A program made the position numbers and the translations under genes. The notes below the pieces were generated by a model. The model was given only the letters and a program-made list of their open reading frames with translations, did not search any database and was not told the DNA's origin. From an uncultured delta proteobacterium (GTDB lineage Bacteria > Myxococcota_A > Polyangia > Polyangiales > Polyangiaceae), in the NCBI GenBank assembly GCA_963839305.1, contig CAWIUL010000011.1:2249561-2313560 (forward strand): a stretch of 64,000 bases of DNA, written 5' to 3'. Position 1 is the first letter of the stretch; every line of letters begins with the position of its first letter. Shown in pieces: positions 1 to 11,509 of the stretch.

Positions 1-1050
1 GGCATTTCGGCGATCGGCATCGTGCTCGCGCTCGTCGCGCTCGGGCTCGCCGCGCGCGCGAGGATCTTTCCGTTCACGCCTTCGCGCGACGAGCCCGGTC
101 GCGCGCTCACCGCGTTCGCCGCGGTCGTGGTCGCGGCGCGATACGCCCTCGGCGAGCTCGCGCCGTCTTCCGCGCCCGCGGTCTCCGTGGCGCTCGCGGC
201 GTCTTCGGCGATCGCAGCGGCGGCCGCGCTCAAGGATCGCGACGCGCGCGCGCTCCTCGCGGCCGAGATTGGTTTCGCGGGGGCCGGAGTCATCGCGGGC
301 GCACCAGAGGCCGCGATCGTGCACGCAGCGCTCGCGGCTATCGCGTTCGCGCGGCCCCGCGGCGTGCACCCGGCGCTCCAGCTCGCGCTGCTGCCCACGC
401 GCGTCGCGATCGTCGCGGCGTGCGGCGCGCTTCGTTTCGGTGGCGTCGCGGCGGCGGTCGCGCTCGTCGCGACGTGGCTCGCGGCGTGCGCGCTCGCTCG
501 GCTCCCTGCCGCGCGCTCGCGAGGCGCCATGTTCGGTGCGCTCGGTGCGATCGCGGCCGCGTTCGTCCTCGTGGGCGACCCGCGCCTCCTCGGTGCAGCG
601 CGGGGGTCGCTCTCGCACGCGCTCTTCGAGACGAGCTTTCGCGCGCTCTCGCCCTCCGTCGCGCCGCCGCTCGCGCTCACGCTCCTCACGTGCGCGCTCG
701 TCGCCTTCGGTTTCCTCGCGTCGCGGACCACCGCGCTCGATCGCCTCGCGTCTTCTCCGCCCGTCGCGACCGCGTCCACGATCGCGCCGCTCGTCACGCG
801 CGCCTCCGCCGCGGTCGCGCTCGCGTCCGCGTCCGCCCTCTTCGAGCTCGAGGCGCGCCTCTCGGCCGTCGTCGCGTTCGTCGACCGCCTCGTGCGCGGC
901 GCCGCGACGCTCGCGTCCACGCTCGACGAGGTCCTCTTCGTTCGACTGCGCCTCTCCTTGCCGCTCCCGAGCGACCGCGCGACGCGGTTCATCCTGGTCC
1001 CCGCCGCGCTCGTCGCCGCCGGCGTATTCGCGTTGCCATGGCTAAACTAG
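1..1050 (+). CDS. Ala-rich polytopic membrane protein, 5' end truncated by window edge (frame continues from nt 1)
   Basis: ORF 22..1050 is open back to nt 1 in the same frame. Multiple hydrophobic Ala/Leu/Val segments. Its stop overlaps the start of the next gene. Confidence 0.4.
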   Translation, partial: GISAIGIVLALVALGLAARARIFPFTPSRDEPGRALTAFAAVVVAARYALGELAPSSAPAVSVALAASSAIAAAAALKDRDARALLAAEIGFAGAGVIAGAPEAAIVHAALAAIAFARPRGVHPALQLALLPTRVAIVAACGALRFGGVAAAVALVATWLAACALARLPAARSRGAMFGALGAIAAAFVLVGDPRLLGAARGSLSHALFETSFRALSPSVAPPLALTLLTCALVAFGFLASRTTALDRLASSPPVATASTIAPLVTRASAAVALASASALFELEARLSAVVAFVDRLVRGAATLASTLDEVLFVRLRLSLPLPSDRATRFILVPAALVAAGVFALPWLN

Positions 1051-3155
1051 GCGCCCTCTTCGCGTTCTTCATCGCGCTCCTCTTCGCGTGGCCCGCGTTT
1101 GCGGCAGGACACATCGTCGTCCCGCGCGGCGCGCCGCTCGAGCTCAGCCCCATCGTCGGAAACTACGAGGGCGCGTTCGACGTCAAGAACGACTCCGACG
1201 AGCCCCTCTTCGTCTCGCGCATCGCGCCGCGCACGGACACCGACGACGTGCGCCTCCCGCGCCGCGTCTTCGCGCGGTTCGAATCGGGCGCGACGAGCGG
1301 CACGATCCCGCCGCACGGAAGCGGCCGCGTGCGCGTCACGTGGACCCCCGAGCGAGACACGCACGTCCGAGCCTTCTACGGCCACGTGATGATCACGTCG
1401 ACCGACGAGGCCGCCGGAGAGATCGCGGTCGGCATCGCGGTCCACGCCGCGCCGCTCGGCGTCCTCGGCCGTCACCTCCTCTCGTCGATCGTCGCGCTCC
1501 CGCTCCTGGCGGCCGCGCTCCTCGCGCTCTTCGTGGTCGCCGCGGGCGGCGGTCGCACCGGTCGAAGGCCGCGCGTCGCCGCGCTCGTCGCGTCGGTCGC
1601 CGCTGCGCTCCTCGCGTGCGCCGCGTGGGCGATGTTCGACCCCGAGGTCTCGCGCGAGGCCGGCGGCGACGGCATTCAGCTCGTGGAGCGCGTGACGTTC
1701 GTGCGCGCGCTCGGCATCGAGATCTTCCTCGGCATCGACGGCGCGAGCCTTCCGCTCCTCGTCACGTGCGCGCTCGCGGCGCCGTGCGGCGTGCTCGCCT
1801 CGTGGGGACAGCGCAAAAACCCTGCGATTTTCTTTGCACTCTACATGCTCCTCGTCGGCGCGTGCCTCGGCGCGTTCGTCGCGCTCGACGCCGTCTTGTT
1901 CTCGTTCTGCCTCGCGCTCGCGCTCGGCGCCGCGTTCCTCCTCGTCGGTCTCTACGGCCACGGCGAGGCGCGCGTCGCGGCGGGTCGCATGCTCGTCCTC
2001 GCGGGCCTCGGCGTCGTGCTCCTCGCGGTCGCGCTCGGCGCGCTCCACGCCGCGTCCACGCGCACGTTCCTCGCGGACGGCTCGCCGGTGCCGCACGCGT
2101 GGGCGTTCCCGGAGCTCGCGCGCGTCGACTTCGTCTCGTCTCGCGCGCACCTCTTCGGGGCGCCGCTCGTGAAGAGCGCGTTCGTGCTCACGTTCATCGC
2201 GCTCGGACTCGTGGGCGCCGTGTTCCCGTTTCACGCGTGGCTCGCCCCCGTCGTTCGGTGCGCCCCGCCCGCGGCGTCCGCGTTGATCGCGGTGGGCCTC
2301 ACGCGCGTCGCGATGCTCGGGATCTTGCGCGTCGACGTCGCGCTTCTCCCCGAGTCGACGCGATGGGCCGCGCCCGTCCTCGGCGCGCTCGGCGCCGCGG
2401 GAGCGCTCTACGGCGCGCTCGTGGCGATGGGCGACCGCGATCTCGCGTCGATCGCGTCGTTCGGCCTCGTCTCTCTCGGCGGCGCTGCGCTCGTCGGCGT
2501 CGCCGCGAGCACGCCTCAAGGCCTGCTCGGCACGGTCACCGGCCTCGTTACCTCGGGCTGCGCGGTCGCCGCGGCGATGCTCGCGCTCGGCGCCCTCCGC
2601 GAGCGCACCGGCACGCTGGACTTGCGCGAGCTCCGCGGTCTCGGCCTCGAGGCTCCGCTCCTCGCGGGCGCGCTCGGCCTCGCGAGCGCCGCGGTCGGCG
2701 CGTTTCCTGGCACCGGCGGGTTCTGGAGCACATGGCTCGCGGGCGTGGGCGCGATCGTCCGCGAACCCGGCGTCGCGACGGCCGCGCTCGTCTCTGCGGT
2801 CCTCCTCGCGACGTCGCAGGCCATGCCGCTGCTCCGCGTCGTGCGCGGACGCCTGCCGGAGGCGCTCCGCGAGTCTCCCGCGCTCGCGCCCTTCGGCGGA
2901 CGCGTGCCCGATCTCAGGCCTCGCGAGCTCGCCGCGCTCGCGCCGCTCCTCGTCCTGCTCGTCGTGCTCGGCTTCTACCCCGCCGCGCTCACTGCCCGCG
3001 CCGCGAACACGGTCCGCGACTTGAACGAGAGCGTGAGCCCGCCCGGCCCCGATCAGATTTCGCTCGCTAGTCCTCTTCCACGAGCGCACGCAGACGCTCG
3101 ATCTTCTCGTCCCACTGACGAGAAATCCGATCGAGGTACCGTCGCGCTTCGCTGA
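1038..3155 (+). CDS. NuoM/MnhD-like antiporter-module membrane protein with ~150-aa N-terminal non-membrane domain
   Basis: ATG at 1038 (MAKLGALFAFF..) in the frame of ORF 420..3155. Motif GIDGASLPLLVTCALAAPCGVLASW matches the NuoM/NuoL/MnhD signature VDGLSLxxVLLT..xxSW. About 12-14 predicted TM segments follow. The N-terminal ~150 aa is hydrophilic. Confidence 0.55.
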   Translation: MAKLGALFAFFIALLFAWPAFAAGHIVVPRGAPLELSPIVGNYEGAFDVKNDSDEPLFVSRIAPRTDTDDVRLPRRVFARFESGATSGTIPPHGSGRVRVTWTPERDTHVRAFYGHVMITSTDEAAGEIAVGIAVHAAPLGVLGRHLLSSIVALPLLAAALLALFVVAAGGGRTGRRPRVAALVASVAAALLACAAWAMFDPEVSREAGGDGIQLVERVTFVRALGIEIFLGIDGASLPLLVTCALAAPCGVLASWGQRKNPAIFFALYMLLVGACLGAFVALDAVLFSFCLALALGAAFLLVGLYGHGEARVAAGRMLVLAGLGVVLLAVALGALHAASTRTFLADGSPVPHAWAFPELARVDFVSSRAHLFGAPLVKSAFVLTFIALGLVGAVFPFHAWLAPVVRCAPPAASALIAVGLTRVAMLGILRVDVALLPESTRWAAPVLGALGAAGALYGALVAMGDRDLASIASFGLVSLGGAALVGVAASTPQGLLGTVTGLVTSGCAVAAAMLALGALRERTGTLDLRELRGLGLEAPLLAGALGLASAAVGAFPGTGGFWSTWLAGVGAIVREPGVATAALVSAVLLATSQAMPLLRVVRGRLPEALRESPALAPFGGRVPDLRPRELAALAPLLVLLVVLGFYPAALTARAANTVRDLNESVSPPGPDQISLASPLPRAHADARSSRPTDEKSDRGTVALR

Positions 3156-3387
3156 GGCGCTTCGGGCGGATCTGCCAAATGCGCTCGCGCCCCTCGCGCG
3201 TGCTGCGCACGACCCCAGCGTCGGCGAGCGACTCGAGGTGCTTGGTGACCGCCTGCCGCGTGACGTCGAGCCCATCGGTCAGGCGCGCGATCGATTGCGG
3301 TCCCATCGCGCAGAGCCGCGCGACGAGCTCGAGCCGCGTCTCGTCCCCTAGCGCGGCGAAGATGGGAGCTGCGCTGTCGACCTTCAA
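3067..3387 (-). CDS. ArsR/SmtB-family transcriptional regulator
   Basis: 106 aa. Wing-helix region ..LGDETRLELVARLCAMGPQSIARLTDGLDVTRQAVTKHLESLADAGVV.. is typical ArsR HTH. Confidence 0.8.
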   Translation of the reverse strand: MKVDSAAPIFAALGDETRLELVARLCAMGPQSIARLTDGLDVTRQAVTKHLESLADAGVVRSTREGRERIWQIRPKRLSEARRYLDRISRQWDEKIERLRALVEED

Positions 3388-3454
3388 GCGACCTCCAGGT
3401 TGCCCGTACCGTAAGACCGCCCGCGTACAACTGCAACCATACAGTTGCGCTTCT

Positions 3455-4243
3455 TCAACTGCTCGCGGACGTGTAACGCGAGAGCGCGCGACGCCAGACC
3501 GCTCTGGACACGCCGAGCGCGATCACCGCGGCGGCAGCCGCGCCGGCGCTCTCGACCGGGGTCGTGCGGCCGAGGAGCGCGTTCGCCGGGAACGTGGTCA
3601 TGACCCCGAGCGGGATGACGAACGTGAATAGCAAGTGCACGAACCCGCGAAAGACGCTCGAGGGCCATCGCGCCGCGTCGAAGACCGCGCCGAAGAGGAC
3701 CGTCAGGTTGTCGACCTTCACCACGTAGAACGCGAGGCTCACGCCGAGCATCCAGAGCGAATAGAGGATCGCGATCGACGCCGAGAGCATCGCGATCGCG
3801 ATGACGACGTGCGACCCGGCGGGCGCGCGGCCGAGCTTGACGAACCCGTACGCGAAGAGCGCCGCGGCGGTGAGCAGGTTCACCGCGCGCCAGGGCATCA
3901 CGCGCGCCGTCGACACGAGAAATTGAGCGTCTTTTGGCTTGAGGAGGACGAAGTCGAACGTGCCCTTTCGGATCTGCTCGACGACGAGCGTCATGCTCGG
4001 GTTGATCGCGCCCTCGAGCACGCCTTGGAGGAGCGTGAAGAAGCCGGTCACCATGAGCGCCTCGCCGAAGCTCCAGCCGGCGACCGTCGCGCGCGCGCCG
4101 TAGACGACGAACAGCGGCACGAGCGCGGTGATCATCCAGAAGACCTCGACGAAGCCGTCGGTCACGAAGTCCGTGCGGTACTGCATCGCGAGCGCGAGCG
4201 ACGTTCGGAGCTGGAGCCAGAGGAGCTGGGCGTACGAGCGCAC
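3455..4243 (-). CDS. ABC-2 family transporter permease
   Basis: 262 aa with 6 predicted TM segments. Lies downstream of an ABC ATPase and a second permease in the same orientation. Confidence 0.7.
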   Translation of the reverse strand: MRSYAQLLWLQLRTSLALAMQYRTDFVTDGFVEVFWMITALVPLFVVYGARATVAGWSFGEALMVTGFFTLLQGVLEGAINPSMTLVVEQIRKGTFDFVLLKPKDAQFLVSTARVMPWRAVNLLTAAALFAYGFVKLGRAPAGSHVVIAIAMLSASIAILYSLWMLGVSLAFYVVKVDNLTVLFGAVFDAARWPSSVFRGFVHLLFTFVIPLGVMTTFPANALLGRTTPVESAGAAAAAVIALGVSRAVWRRALSRYTSASS

Positions 4244-4244
4244 G

Positions 4245-5048
4245 TCAGCCTCCGTAGGCCGCGAAGCGGCGGACGCCGCGCCGCCAGAGGAGGGTCACGA
4301 CGCCGAGCATCACCGCGGCCATCGCCCACTGACGCAAGACCATCGCGGCGGCGCGCGGCGCGTCGTAGGCGTTCGTCATGATCTCGACCGGCAAGCCCAG
4401 CTGGTACCTGAAAGGCAACCAATCGATTGCGTGTCGCATCGCGGGCGGAAAGAGGTCGACCGGAAAGAGGTAGCCACTGAAGACGAAGTAGAGCGCGAGC
4501 CACACGTCCATGATCTTCGTGCTGCTCTCCACGAAGAGGGCGAGGCAGCCGATCGCGAGGTTCGCGAGGAGCGTGATGAGCCAGCCTCCGAGGATCGACG
4601 CAGCCCACAGGACCCACAGCGCGGGGTCGCGCGTGAGCTGGTCTCCCGCGAACACGACGAGCGCGCAGCTCGCCGCGGGCACGGCGATGAGCCCGCGGAC
4701 CGGGAGCTCGGCTATGGCCGAGACCGCGTACGCGACGAGCGGGTGAAGGGGCCGGAGCATGCGCTGCGCGAGCGTGCCGTCGCGGATCTCCATGTTCATC
4801 AGCCACACTGCCCACGATCCCGTGAGCTGGCGCACGACGAACATGGCGAGGAAATAGCCGACCATCTGCGGCGCGCCGTAGCGCCCGATCGGCGCGTCCC
4901 GCGCGACGGCGTGCCAGAGCGAGAGCATGACGAGGGGCATCGTGGTCGCCGCGATCCACACGATCGTCTCCGCGCGGTACGCGACCGCCTCGGCGACTCC
5001 GACGCGAACGAGCGTCGGGAGCGCGCCGATCGTGCTGCGGAGGCTCAC
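4245..5048 (-). CDS. ABC-2 family transporter permease (GTG start overlapping ATPase stop)
   Basis: Hydrophobic portion of ORF 4245..5534. GTG (VSLRSTIG..) at 5048 overlaps the stop of the upstream ATPase. 6 TM segments. Confidence 0.65.
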   Translation of the reverse strand: MSLRSTIGALPTLVRVGVAEAVAYRAETIVWIAATTMPLVMLSLWHAVARDAPIGRYGAPQMVGYFLAMFVVRQLTGSWAVWLMNMEIRDGTLAQRMLRPLHPLVAYAVSAIAELPVRGLIAVPAASCALVVFAGDQLTRDPALWVLWAASILGGWLITLLANLAIGCLALFVESSTKIMDVWLALYFVFSGYLFPVDLFPPAMRHAIDWLPFRYQLGLPVEIMTNAYDAPRAAAMVLRQWAMAAVMLGVVTLLWRRGVRRFAAYGG

Positions 5049-6019
5049 GACGGCGTCCCCGTGAAGATGTCCGCCATGATCTCCTCGAGCGGCGGATCGG
5101 TCACGTTGAGATCCTCGACCGACATCGACGCGATGGCCTTCGCGACGACGCGGCTCACCTCCGACGCCGGGACCTGGAGCTCGGCGGTCTCGTCGTCGGC
5201 GCGCACGACCGCGCCGAGCGCGTCGAGCGCCGCGCGCTCCACCTTCTGGCCGAAGCGAAACGTGACGCGCTTGTCGGGGCGCGTGCGGTGAACGAGCTCG
5301 CGAAGCTCCCCGTCGAACGCGAGCTTGCCGTGGTTGATGAGGATGACGCGCGGGCAGAGCGCGGTCACGTCGGCCATGTTGTGGCTCGTGAGGATGACCG
5401 TGGCCTCGTGCTCCTCGTTGTAGCGGCGGATGAAGTCGCGAACGATCGACTGCATCGACACGTCGAGCCCGATCGTCGGCTCGTCGAGGAAGAGCACCTT
5501 CGGCCCGTGGATGAGCGACGCGGCGAGCTCGCATTTCATGCGCTCGCCGAGCGAGAGCTGCCGCGTGGGTCGCTTGATCACGTCGCCGATCTCGAGGAGA
5601 TCGACGATCTGGCGCTGCGACTTGTCGAACGACTCGCGAGGCAACCCGTAGATTGCGCGATTGAGCTCGAACGTCTCGGACGGCGGCAAATCCCAGATCA
5701 GCTGTTGCTTCTGCCCGAGGACCAGCGTGATCTTCCTGAGGAACGCCTCGTCGCGTTTGCGCGGCTCGTGCCCATCGACGCTGGCCTCGCCCGCGGTCGG
5801 ATGGAGCAGCCCCGCGAGCATCTTGAGCGTCGTCGTCTTCCCGGCGCCGTTCGGCCCGAGAAACCCCACGCGCTCGCCCGGCGCGATCTCGAAGTCGATC
5901 CCATCGACCGCGCGCACGTCGTCGTATCTCCGCCGCACGAGCGAAGACACCGCGGCCGCGAACCCCGGCTCCCGCCGGTGCACGCGGTAAATCTTCTGGA
6001 GCCCGCGGACCGAGATCAC
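5045..6019 (-). CDS. ABC transporter ATP-binding protein
   Basis: Walker A GPNGAGKTT, signature LSLGERMK, Walker B LFLDEPT, H-loop TSH. 324 aa. Confidence 0.9.
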   Translation of the reverse strand: MISVRGLQKIYRVHRREPGFAAAVSSLVRRRYDDVRAVDGIDFEIAPGERVGFLGPNGAGKTTTLKMLAGLLHPTAGEASVDGHEPRKRDEAFLRKITLVLGQKQQLIWDLPPSETFELNRAIYGLPRESFDKSQRQIVDLLEIGDVIKRPTRQLSLGERMKCELAASLIHGPKVLFLDEPTIGLDVSMQSIVRDFIRRYNEEHEATVILTSHNMADVTALCPRVILINHGKLAFDGELRELVHRTRPDKRVTFRFGQKVERAALDALGAVVRADDETAELQVPASEVSRVVAKAIASMSVEDLNVTDPPLEEIMADIFTGTPS

Positions 6020-6040
6020 GGGGTCAGGGCTCCCCCTTCG

Positions 6041-7003
6041 TCAATCCTTCAGAGCTTCCGCGCCGCCGATGATCTCCATGAGCTCCTTGGTGATCGCAGC
6101 TTGCCTGGCGCGGTTGTATTGGAGCGTGAGGCGCGCGATGGCGTCCTTCGCGTTGCGCGTCGCGGAGTCCATCGCGGTCATCTGCGCGCCGAAGAAGCCG
6201 GCTTGGCACTCGAGGAGCGCGCGGTAGATCGTGATCTCGAGGTACATCGGCGCGAGGCGGTCGAGGACGAGCGTCTTGTCGGGCTCGTAGATGTACTGGA
6301 CCGTGGTCGCCGCGGCCTCGTCGGCGCTCTTCGAGGACGATTCTTCTCCGAGCGGCAGGAGCCGATCGACGAGCGGCTTCTGCGTGATCGCGCTCTTGAA
6401 CTCGCTGAAGACGACGTACACGACGTCGTCCTGCGCGTTGCGGTAGCGGTCCGTCAGCCAGCGGGCGATGCTGCCCGCGTACTCGAGCGAGAGGTCCTCG
6501 CGCCCGCGGACGAAGTTGTGCACGATCTCGCCGCCGCGGCGCGCGATGTAGTCGCGGCCCTTGCGGCCGATCGTCGCGAACCGAACGTTCTTGCCGGCCG
6601 CGACCTGCTCGCGCCAGAGCGCCTCGGCGAGCTTCGAGATGTTCGTGTTGAACGCGCCGCACAGACCGCGGTCGCTCGTCACGAGGACGATGAGCACGTT
6701 CTTCTCGGGCGTGCGCTTGCGGAGCAGCGGGTGCATGCGCCGCGTGCGCTCGTGCTCGATCTGCTCGGTCGTGAGAGGGCGCGCGCCGTCGACGATGCCC
6801 TCGTCGACCACGGCCTCGTCCGCGAACGCGCGCGCGACGGAGCGGAGCATCTCCGCGTTCTTCACCGCGTAGGGACGCATCGCCGAGATGCGCTGCTGCG
6901 CGCGGTTGAGGCGCGCGCCAGCGACCATCTTCATCGCGCGCGTGATCTTCTGCGTCGATTTGACGCTCGAGATGCGCTTACGAATCGTCTTCAGAGACGG
7001 CAT
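6041..7003 (-). CDS. atpG: F0F1 ATP synthase subunit gamma
   Basis: [32 protein letters not shown].. is a canonical AtpG N-terminus. C-terminus ..[18 protein letters not shown]. 320 aa. Confidence 0.9.
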   Translation of the reverse strand: MPSLKTIRKRISSVKSTQKITRAMKMVAGARLNRAQQRISAMRPYAVKNAEMLRSVARAFADEAVVDEGIVDGARPLTTEQIEHERTRRMHPLLRKRTPEKNVLIVLVTSDRGLCGAFNTNISKLAEALWREQVAAGKNVRFATIGRKGRDYIARRGGEIVHNFVRGREDLSLEYAGSIARWLTDRYRNAQDDVVYVVFSEFKSAITQKPLVDRLLPLGEESSSKSADEAAATTVQYIYEPDKTLVLDRLAPMYLEITIYRALLECQAGFFGAQMTAMDSATRNAKDAIARLTLQYNRARQAAITKELMEIIGGAEALKD

Positions 7004-7006
7004 GGG

Positions 7007-8762
<1,756 letters not shown>

Positions 8763-8780
8763 GGCTTTCTTTTCTCAGTC

Positions 8781-9323
8781 TCAGTTCGGGAGCAGGGCGT
8801 GCTTGAGGCCGTCGAGGCGCGTCTTGAGCGAGCTGTCGAGGACGAGGTCGCCGATGCGCAGGACGACGCCGCCGATGAGGGCGGGATCGTGTTTCTTGTC
8901 GAGGACGACGCGTTTGTTCGAGAGCTTCTCGAGGGTCGCGAGGAGCTTTTGGTAGAAGCCTTCGCTCAGCGCGACCGCCGTGGTCACCTCGGCGCGGAGG
9001 ATCCCCTTCTTCGCGTCGTTCATCTCGCGGAGCAGCGTCGCGATCTCGGGAAGGAGTACGAGGCGGCGGCGATCTCCGAGGAGGAGCACCGTGTGCTTCG
9101 CGGTCTTGCCGACCCCGAGCTTCTCGCAGAGCTCGCTCACGATCGCCTTCTTCGACGGGAGCGGCACGAGCGGGTTGTCGACCGAGGCGCGCAGATCCGA
9201 GCTGCCCGTGTAGATGTCGGCGACCTTCGTGATGTCCGCGACGAGCGCGTCGAGGTTCTTCTCGGCCTCGCCGAGCTCGAGGAGAGCGCGCGCGTAGCGA
9301 CGGGAGACGTGCGCGGCGATCAC
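8781..9323 (-). CDS. atpH: F0F1 ATP synthase subunit delta (GTG start overlapping atpF stop)
   Basis: VIAAHVSRRYARALLELG... is a typical OSCP/delta N-terminus. 180 aa. GTGA overlap with the upstream gene. Confidence 0.8.
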   Translation of the reverse strand: MIAAHVSRRYARALLELGEAEKNLDALVADITKVADIYTGSSDLRASVDNPLVPLPSKKAIVSELCEKLGVGKTAKHTVLLLGDRRRLVLLPEIATLLREMNDAKKGILRAEVTTAVALSEGFYQKLLATLEKLSNKRVVLDKKHDPALIGGVVLRIGDLVLDSSLKTRLDGLKHALLPN

Positions 9324-10036
9324 TGTCCACCTCCGACCGGGAGGCCCTTTTCGTAGTCGGACGCGAGCCTCGCGATGAACTCTTCGGCGAGGCGCTCCTG
9401 GTCGGCCGTGCTCACGTTCTTCTTGAGCATGTCTTCGGCTTCCCTCGCGGCCTTCTCGACCGTCTCGCGAACGAGATCGATCTTCGTCTGCTTCTTCTCT
9501 TGCTCGAGGATGAAGTCGACGTCGCGCTTGAGGCGCGCGGCCTTCTCCTCGGCGTTGCGGACGATCGCCTCGGCGTCGCCCTTGCCGGTCGAGACCTGCG
9601 AGGCCTTCGCCTCTTCCGCGTCGCCCTCGACCTTCTCGAGCTTCGACCTGTAACGCTTCGCGCGCTGCCTGGCCTCGTTGAGGATCTTCTGCGCGTTCTC
9701 GATCGCGCCCGCGATCGAGAGCTTGCGGTTCTTGAGCCCCTCGGCCACCGGCTTCTTGCCGAAGCGGTAGTAGATGAACACGAGGAGCGCGAAGTTGAAG
9801 AGCATCGCGCCGTACGGCACGTGCGGGTTGTTCAGGAGCTTCGAGTCCCACCACACGATGGGGCCGGGCGGTCCCTCTTCTTCGGCTTCTGCCGGCTCCT
9901 TGCCCCGCTCTTCGTGAGCGATCGAGAGCGTCGGCGCGGGGACCGGATGGACGTTCTGCGGCCTGTGCGTCTGCGCCAGCGCGAGAGCCGGAACGAGCGC
10001 GATCGTGGCGACGAGGAGGTGACGGAGCTTCATCAC
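9320..10036 (-). CDS. atpF: F0F1 ATP synthase subunit b with cleavable signal peptide and N-terminal extension
   Basis: TM ..AMLFNFALLVFIYYRF.. is followed by a long charged coiled coil (ENAQKILNEARQRAKRY...). Preceded by MMKLRHLLVATIALVPALALA signal-like segment. Confidence 0.75.
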   Translation of the reverse strand: MMKLRHLLVATIALVPALALAQTHRPQNVHPVPAPTLSIAHEERGKEPAEAEEEGPPGPIVWWDSKLLNNPHVPYGAMLFNFALLVFIYYRFGKKPVAEGLKNRKLSIAGAIENAQKILNEARQRAKRYRSKLEKVEGDAEEAKASQVSTGKGDAEAIVRNAEEKAARLKRDVDFILEQEKKQTKIDLVRETVEKAAREAEDMLKKNVSTADQERLAEEFIARLASDYEKGLPVGGGQ

Positions 10037-10485
10037 GCCACCTCTCGGCCGAGCACGCGCTTGGCGAAATCCTTCGCGAGCGCCGTCGTGTGAGGGGCGA
10101 GGTCGCTCCGCGTCGCGGCGACTTCCTTCTGGATCGTCGCGCGCTCTGCGTCGACGCGCTTTTGCGTCTCGTTGCGCACCCTGGTGAGGAGGTCGTTCTC
10201 CTTGCGCAGGCCCTCGGCGCGGAGCTTCTCGCGCTCGGTCGCGCCCTCGGCGCGCGCCTTCGAGACGACCTCGTTGTATTGGGTCATCGCCTCGGCCGAC
10301 TCTTCGTCGATCTTGCGGGCGCGCTTGATCGCGCCCTCGATGCGTTTTTCACGCTCCTCGAAGAGCTTGAGCATCGGGTCGAAGAGGACGGGCTTGAGCA
10401 CGAGCCAGAGCACGATGATGAAGCCCACCTGGACGAGCAGGGTGGCGTCGAAATCGAGGTTCACACCGCCCGCAGCGGAGGACAT
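10033..10485 (-). CDS. F0F1 ATP synthase subunit b' (start uncertain: ATG at 10485 or 10548)
   Basis: TM LLVQVGFIIVLWLVLKPVLFDP then a coiled coil (LKLFEEREKRIEGAIKRARK..). It is a second b-type subunit adjacent to atpF. Confidence 0.7.
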   Translation of the reverse strand: MSSAAGGVNLDFDATLLVQVGFIIVLWLVLKPVLFDPMLKLFEEREKRIEGAIKRARKIDEESAEAMTQYNEVVSKARAEGATEREKLRAEGLRKENDLLTRVRNETQKRVDAERATIQKEVAATRSDLAPHTTALAKDFAKRVLGREVA

Positions 10486-10573
10486 AACGTGGCTGGACGT
10501 CAGCGAAAAAGTCGCAAGCATGGGGGACGCGTCGCGGCCAAGTACCACACCGCGCGTCGACTGGGTAGGGCCG

Positions 10574-11146
10574 TTATTTCCCTTGTGCCAGCTTCTTCAG
10601 CGACATGTTTGCGGCGCGCGACCGAGACGGAAGCACGCTCGGCGGCGCAGGCGGAATTCTGGCTGCAATCCGCGCGCGCGGCGGCGGAGGCAGCGGCGTG
10701 CGCGGCGGGATCATCACACCCGAAGACGTGATGGGCCGCTGGAGCTCGAGCGGAAACTCGGACGACGGCGGCGGCGGGATCGAGCTCGTCCGTGCCTGAT
10801 GGATCGGCGTGCGATCCTCGTCCGTGTCGAACTTCGACGCGAGCGGGCGGCGCATGGGCGCGCTTCGGCGATCTTCGAAGCGGAGCAGCGGCGGCGTGCG
10901 AACGAGCCGGACGCGACCCGTCACGGGATCGGTCGCCGCGAAGAGCATCGGGCAACCGACGCGCGGGAAATCCACGAGCGCGCCTTCCGCGTTCACGTCG
11001 AGCGTCGCCAAGTATTGGGCGCCGACGATCCGCTCGGGCACGCACTCGCCGGTTCGACCCGGGTGAGCGACCGCCCAACGGCACACCCCTTCGGCGTCGA
11101 GCATGAAGACGCCGGACTGCGTGTGCGCTGCGTACACGATCTCCAT
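10574..11146 (-). CDS. hypothetical protein with Pro-rich C-terminal region
   Basis: 190-aa ORF. C-terminus PPPPSSEFPLELQRP..PPRTPLPPPPRARIAARIPPAPPS. No recognizable family. Confidence 0.35.
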   Translation of the reverse strand: MEIVYAAHTQSGVFMLDAEGVCRWAVAHPGRTGECVPERIVGAQYLATLDVNAEGALVDFPRVGCPMLFAATDPVTGRVRLVRTPPLLRFEDRRSAPMRRPLASKFDTDEDRTPIHQARTSSIPPPPSSEFPLELQRPITSSGVMIPPRTPLPPPPRARIAARIPPAPPSVLPSRSRAANMSLKKLAQGK

Positions 11147-11191
11147 CGCGCGCGTGAGAGGTGCAAGCCGCGCGCCGCGCCTCAGGCGCGG

Positions 11192-11488
11192 TCAGCGCTT
11201 GTGTTTTCGGGGGTTTCCGCGCCCTTTGGGGGCGTTCGCCCGGGGTCCCGAAGATCCAGGGTTGGATCTCGCGTTCCCGTAAGGTTCTTGTTTGGCTGTA
11301 CGACTGACGACGAGCTGAGCACCCTCGGGACCCATCGCCGGGCGCACGCTCGCGAAGCCCTCGACCTTCGCGAAGCCGGCGAGATCGCCTTTGTGGCTCT
11401 CCATGTGCGCGCTGAAGCGCGCCCAAAAAGCGCGCGCTTCCTCTTCGGGCATCGGCACGCCGTCGACGACCACCGTGAGGCGCGCCAT
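11192..11488 (-). CDS. small hypothetical protein (98 aa)
   Basis: MARLTVVVDGVPMPEEEARAFWARFSAHMESHKG... in ORF 11192..12079. Basic C-terminus. Confidence 0.3.
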   Translation of the reverse strand: MARLTVVVDGVPMPEEEARAFWARFSAHMESHKGDLAGFAKVEGFASVRPAMGPEGAQLVVSRTAKQEPYGNARSNPGSSGPRANAPKGRGNPRKHKR

Positions 11489-11509
11489 CTTCAGGTGCAC
11501 CGCGCCGAG

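Noticed and set aside
269-1045. Ser/Arg-rich 258-aa ORF and many similar overlapping ORFs (e.g. 1088-3070, 23077-24702, 39973-41634 outside its P-loop segment)
   Set aside because: These have a low-complexity RS/RA composition and overlap better-supported genes. The high GC suppresses stop codons in all frames.
1047-3275. 742-aa minus-strand ORF, Arg/Glu/Asp-rich (RERGELARPEIG...)
   Set aside because: It is antisense to the NuoM-like gene and has an extreme-GC composition artefact. The opposite strand has a clear membrane-protein signature.
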